A stretch of 60,176 nt of DNA from a virus, in the IMG/VR virus record IMGVR_UViG_3300027805_000002. One strand, given 5' to 3'. Positions 57,163-60,176 of the stretch are shown piece by piece. The notes beneath the pieces are model-generated. The model searched no databases. It saw only the letters and a list, made by a program, of their open reading frames with translations, and had not been told where the DNA came from. The position numbers and the translations under genes were made by a program. Each line of letters opens with the position of its first letter. Position 1 is the first letter of the stretch.

Positions 57163-57252
57163 CTAGAGGTTGTATGCAATGACAAACCCGAGAACGATCC
57201 CGACCGCGATCGCGAACAGGATGTCCCACGCATTGATGGGGACGCCTTCCAT
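57163..57252 (-). CDS. 29-aa single-TM micro-ORF
   Basis: My translation is MEGVPINAWDILFAIAVGIVLGFVIAYNL. Its codons are G/C-ending and its start lies 2 nt after the upstream stop. Confidence 0.25.
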   Translation of the reverse strand: MEGVPINAWDILFAIAVGIVLGFVIAYNL

Positions 57253-57254
57253 GG

Positions 57255-57554
57255 TTAGAGGTCGTACAAGCTGACCGACACGCTGCGCGATGCCTTCGAG
57301 CACGCAGCGATCTGGGCCGGAGAGAGCAAGGCCTTCACGGCGCCGGTGTCGAGGCGCACTGAGTCGCGCGCCACGATCACGGCGCGGTAGTTCTTGCCGA
57401 CGATCTCGTCGTGGCCGCTGGCCTTGATGGCGCCCTTGAGGGCCTCCGCCTCGGCTTGCAGTCGTGCGATCTCGCCGTTCAGGGCGCCGAGCTTGTCGAC
57501 CTTAGACACCATGGCGCGCATGGACACGGGGGAGGCAGCAAAAACAGCACTCAT
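57255..57554 (-). CDS. hypothetical coiled-coil protein
   Basis: Track ORF. Confidence 0.45.
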   Translation of the reverse strand: MSAVFAASPVSMRAMVSKVDKLGALNGEIARLQAEAEALKGAIKASGHDEIVGKNYRAVIVARDSVRLDTGAVKALLSPAQIAACSKASRSVSVSLYDL

Positions 57555-57695
57555 CTATTTCTCCTCGGCGGGGTACGGCCCGCCAACCGTTGAGCACACT
57601 CGCTCACAGCTGGACCACAACAGGCACAGCTGTGAAAGTCGTGTTTTGGCACGTCTTCCACTCCGACATTAGGTTTTGTCGGTTTTGTCAGTGAG

Positions 57696-57959
57696 TCACA
57701 GGCCCCGCTGCGGATCCTTCTCGAAGTCGGTGATCTGCCAGCCGCCATCAACGCGGCTCATGACAGCAGTGCCTTCACCTAATAGGGCCAGCATGCGGGC
57801 TTCCTCCGCTGCGTCGCGGTGGCTGTCGAACAGCTGACTCGGTAGCTGGTACGCCTCGTAGCCGGTGTCGTAGCACCGGTAGCAGGTGTAGGGGCAGCCG
57901 GCCTCGTCGAGTTCCGGGTAGCCGCCGCAGGCGGAGCATTCAAGGCGCAGCAGCTTCAT
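57696..57959 (-). CDS. hypothetical Cys-rich small protein
   Basis: ATG at 57959 overlapping the upstream stop (MKLLRLECSACGG...CYRCYDTG). Confidence 0.45.
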   Translation of the reverse strand: MKLLRLECSACGGYPELDEAGCPYTCYRCYDTGYEAYQLPSQLFDSHRDAAEEARMLALLGEGTAVMSRVDGGWQITDFEKDPQRGL

Positions 57960-58561
57960 CACAGCCCCCACTTCTTAGCGCACACCGGGCCAATGCCGCG
58001 GACCACCGACTCCGCGGCGGTCAGGGGGCGGTCGCAGCACCCGCAATTGCCGCTGCGCCTGCCGTACGCGTCGAGTACGGCGGCAGGGTTGATCATCAGC
58101 GCGGCGATCGTGTCGGCCTGATCGGGCGAGCAGTCGTAGCTGCGGGTGAACCCGCTCCCGGCCACCTTGCCGAGGTAGGTGCCGCTCACGTCCTTCACGT
58201 ACAGGCAGCCGGGGTTCTTGCCGTTCTCGGGGGCCTTGGACACAACGACATCGAGCAGTCGTAGCTTGGGGCGCTTCAGCCCGGACGCGGTGGCGCGGTC
58301 GAAAGCCGCGTACAGCAGGTCGGCCGACACGGCTGTGGGCTGGACCTTGGTGCGGGCGATGTTCTTCTGCACGGCCGCCATCTGGTTCGGGGTCAGGCCG
58401 CCGTACTTGTTGACCGACGCCTTCAGAGAGGCCGCGAAGTTGTTGCCGGAGGCTGCGCTATCTTCGAGCCACTTTGCCGCTTCGGGGTACTCGGCGGCGA
58501 ACATCTGCCAGAGGGAGACCGCGACGACGGGCGCGGCGAAGTCGTGAACGACTGCATGCAT
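57959..58561 (-). CDS. DUF6011-domain protein
   Basis: The C-terminal CGCCDRPLTAAESVVRGIGPVCAKKWG matches the DUF6011 pattern. The ATG at 58561 follows a GGAGG SD. Confidence 0.5.
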   Translation of the reverse strand: MHAVVHDFAAPVVAVSLWQMFAAEYPEAAKWLEDSAASGNNFAASLKASVNKYGGLTPNQMAAVQKNIARTKVQPTAVSADLLYAAFDRATASGLKRPKLRLLDVVVSKAPENGKNPGCLYVKDVSGTYLGKVAGSGFTRSYDCSPDQADTIAALMINPAAVLDAYGRRSGNCGCCDRPLTAAESVVRGIGPVCAKKWGL

Positions 58562-58648
58562 GGGGAAGCTCCTCCCGGGGTGCCGCCCGGGTACGGTTGT
58601 GTGATTGACCACACTCCCATCCCCTCCAGTGAGGGGCAGGGGCTGGGG

Positions 58649-58900
58649 TCAGCGTGCCTTCGCGTCTATCGCATGCTGGATGGTCATGTCCAGCACCTCG
58701 GCTGCGGCGGTCCATGCGGTGTCGTCGAAAGACGCGCCCGCATAGATCGGCTTCCTGAGTTCGGCGAACACGGCCGGCAACAGCAGGTGGACCGCCGAGT
58801 CCCAGAAGCCTTTGTCAATGAACAGGGCGAGAGCTTTCTCCCTCGCCCCCTCGGTTGTGCGGTCGTTGAAGACCGCCACCGCAACTTGATGCATCTGCAT
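58649..58900 (-). CDS. hypothetical protein
   Basis: ATG at 58900 after a GGAGGGAAG SD (MQMHQVAVAVFNDR...). Confidence 0.45.
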   Translation of the reverse strand: MQMHQVAVAVFNDRTTEGAREKALALFIDKGFWDSAVHLLLPAVFAELRKPIYAGASFDDTAWTAAAEVLDMTIQHAIDAKAR

Positions 58901-58925
58901 CACTTCCCTCCTGTTGTTTACACGT

Positions 58926-59780
58926 TCATGCAGCGACGGGCTCAGCGTCAGGGGCCTTGCGGCCACGACCATCAAGCTGAGCGATGACAGCGCGCAAGGC
59001 GCCCTGAGCAAGGTCCTGCACCGACTCGATGCAGGCGAAGTATTTGTATACAAGGCCCATGGTGCGGGGGTCGGTCTGGATGCCGATGCCCACGACCGGG
59101 ACCTGCCACAGCTTCTCGCTCAGGTCCTTCATCTTCGCCATGTTCTCGGTGTCGCCAAAGCCGTCGGTGATCACGATGCACAGCTTGCGGTCAGCCGGCA
59201 CCATCGACAGCTGTTGCACAGCCGTGCGGATCACGTGGTAGTCCGGCGTCGACCCCTCCACGAGGCGTCCCATGTACTGGAACAGCACCTTGCGGTCCTT
59301 CAGCTTATGCGTGAAGTCCTTGAGCACCTTCGCGATGCCCGAGTACTTCAGGTCCGCGATGCCGGTGGCGCGGGAGCCCGCGCCGGGCAGGCCGTCGAGC
59401 CCGCGCATGTACTTGGGCTTGACCATGGTGTGCCCGTAGCCGCTGCTGAAGCCAAGGACCTGCACCATGCACCCGACGCGCTCGATTGCGTCTGCGATGC
59501 ACCATGCGGTCTGGCTGGCGGCGATGATGCGGTCACCACCCATGCTGGACGACAGGTCAATCACGATCGTCACAGCTGTCGTCACTGCGTCGGTCTCGAC
59601 GCGGCTCTTGAACACGCGTTCGCTGCCGGTCAGCATCCGGGGGATGCGGCGGACGTCGAAGCGTCCGGACGTCGCGCCGGTCTGCCAGCCGACACGATCG
59701 ACAGACAACAGCAGCTTGGACAGCTGTTGCTTCAGGCCGCCGACGGGGGCGTCGACGTTGATCTCGGGGGAATTGAACAT
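58926..59780 (-). CDS. von Willebrand factor A (VWA) domain protein, CobT C-terminal-like
   Basis: The MIDAS motif reads VTIVIDLSSSMGG. A strong AGGAGG SD is present. The gene lies directly downstream of the CobT-like gene. Confidence 0.7.
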   Translation of the reverse strand: MFNSPEINVDAPVGGLKQQLSKLLLSVDRVGWQTGATSGRFDVRRIPRMLTGSERVFKSRVETDAVTTAVTIVIDLSSSMGGDRIIAASQTAWCIADAIERVGCMVQVLGFSSGYGHTMVKPKYMRGLDGLPGAGSRATGIADLKYSGIAKVLKDFTHKLKDRKVLFQYMGRLVEGSTPDYHVIRTAVQQLSMVPADRKLCIVITDGFGDTENMAKMKDLSEKLWQVPVVGIGIQTDPRTMGLVYKYFACIESVQDLAQGALRAVIAQLDGRGRKAPDAEPVAA

Positions 59781-59791
59781 GTCTCACCTCC

Positions 59792-60176
59792 TCAGGTGCG
59801 GTTGAGAGAGCGCAGGATCTCCTGCATCGGGTCCTCGAACTTCGAGGGGTCTATCGAGGGCAGGCCAGACTTGGCCGCGCCGCCTGCGCGCTTCTTCGCC
59901 CGGGCGAAAAGCTCGTCGATGTTCGGCTCCGGGACGTCGCTCGGCTCGGCCGCGGCGCTGTCAAGGTCGTTGAAGTCGAAGTTGCCGCCGGCGTTGCCGC
60001 CATCCGAATCCTCGTCGTCAGGCTCAGCCTCATCAACCTCGCCGCCCGGATCCTCGTGCTCGGGCTCGTCGGGGCTGTCAGGTACGCCGCCGCCGCCGTC
60101 CTCGGGCTCGTCGTCCGGTGGCTGGGGCCGATCGGACTGGCCGTCGTCGTCATCGTCGAACGCGTCGTCATCGTCG
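59792..60176 (-). CDS. C-terminal part of the CobT-like wrap-around gene (see 1..987)
   Basis: My translation is ...DDDDAFDDDDDGQSDRPQPPDDEPEDGGGGVPD...NIDELFARAKKRAGGAAKSGLPSIDPSKFEDPMQEILRSLNRT, with the stop at 59794-59792. The track ORF 59851..60171 is in a different frame. Confidence 0.55.
   Translation of the reverse strand, partial: DDDDAFDDDDDGQSDRPQPPDDEPEDGGGGVPDSPDEPEHEDPGGEVDEAEPDDEDSDGGNAGGNFDFNDLDSAAAEPSDVPEPNIDELFARAKKRAGGAAKSGLPSIDPSKFEDPMQEILRSLNRT

Larger units (their letters stand above)
1093..59727. repeat. Dispersed highly iterated 8-bp palindrome ACAGCTGT, at least 47 exact copies
   Basis: Hand scan; first bases at 1093, 1744, 2865, 3689, 9038, 9199, 13192, 13559, 13979, 24770, 24839, 26045, 26086, 31895, 35739, 36463, 36556, 36577, 36873, 37675, 41806, 42237, 42747, 42835, 43012, 43687, 43938, 46116, 47873, 48266, 48559, 48956, 51225, 51312, 53044, 55465, 55760, 55881, 55988, 56102, 56190, 56625, 56767, 57626, 59207, 59572, 59720. 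Confidence 0.9.
1..60176. mobile_element. Complete temperate tailed-phage genome (circularly closed assembly or terminally redundant), unique length about 60,145 bp
   Basis: nt 1-31 are identical to nt 60146-60176. A full virion, lysis, integration, immunity and replication gene set is present, and no flanking bacterial genes are seen. Confidence 0.85.

Noticed and set aside
56820-57233. 137-aa minus ORF overlapping the NrdR-like gene in another frame
   Set aside because: The 74-aa frame has the Cys/Arg pattern of an NrdR zinc ribbon, while the longer frame is Arg/Pro/Ser-rich. Its downstream part also collides with the 29-aa TM micro-ORF region.
59851-60171. Track ORF 59851..60171 (-), MTTRSTMTTTASPIG...
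   Set aside because: It is in the wrong frame. The frame ending at 59792 continues the poly-acidic CobT-like protein and joins in frame with 1..987 once the overlap is collapsed.

Overview
GC-rich window (low-60s % by eye, not computed) that looks like one complete temperate, podovirus-like phage genome. The first 31 nt equal the last 31 nt. A minus-strand gene crosses the window ends and stays in frame only if that overlap is collapsed, giving a unique length of about 60,145 bp.

Layout:
- 2987-44925 (+): late/virion block. It contains terS, a 1.1-kb odd insert, terL, portal, scaffold, P22-type coat, holin and GH24 endolysin. It then has several tail fibre/spike genes, a low-GC islet, a GNAT moron and an ejection-protein module ending in a 3441-codon ORF.
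- 44966-46419: attP (3' part of tRNA-Cys) and a tyrosine integrase.
- 46416-50883 (-): early-left recombination and nucleotide-metabolism operon.
- 51023-51691 (-): CI-like repressor.
- 51892-56249 (+): early-right operon with a Cro-like gene, primase-helicase and two small nucleases.
- 56246-60176 joined to 1-2507 (-): wrap-around operon with an NrdR-like Zn ribbon, a DUF6011 protein, a VWA protein, a CobT-like HExxH/poly-acidic protein and a CobS/MoxR-like AAA+ ATPase.

No rRNA, complete tRNA, CRISPR array, transposase or reverse transcriptase was seen.

Main hunt results:
1. The 8-bp palindrome ACAGCTGT occurs at least 47 times, against fewer than one expected. It lies in coding and non-coding DNA and in more than one reading frame, and it is missing from several multi-kb modules.
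2. The giant ORF has a zincin HExxH motif and a Zeta-toxin kinase domain. It also contains three islands where the +1 frame carries the coding signature and ends in a stop exactly where the main frame recovers.
3. A split CobS / CobT-like / VWA trio.
4. A CAATACG motif concentrated in intergenic DNA, twice paired with a -35-like box that overlaps ACAGCTGT.
5. A CI repressor whose S24 catalytic dyad appears substituted.
6. Repeat-built tail fibres and a low-GC islet.

All domain calls are by-eye motif recognition, not database searches.
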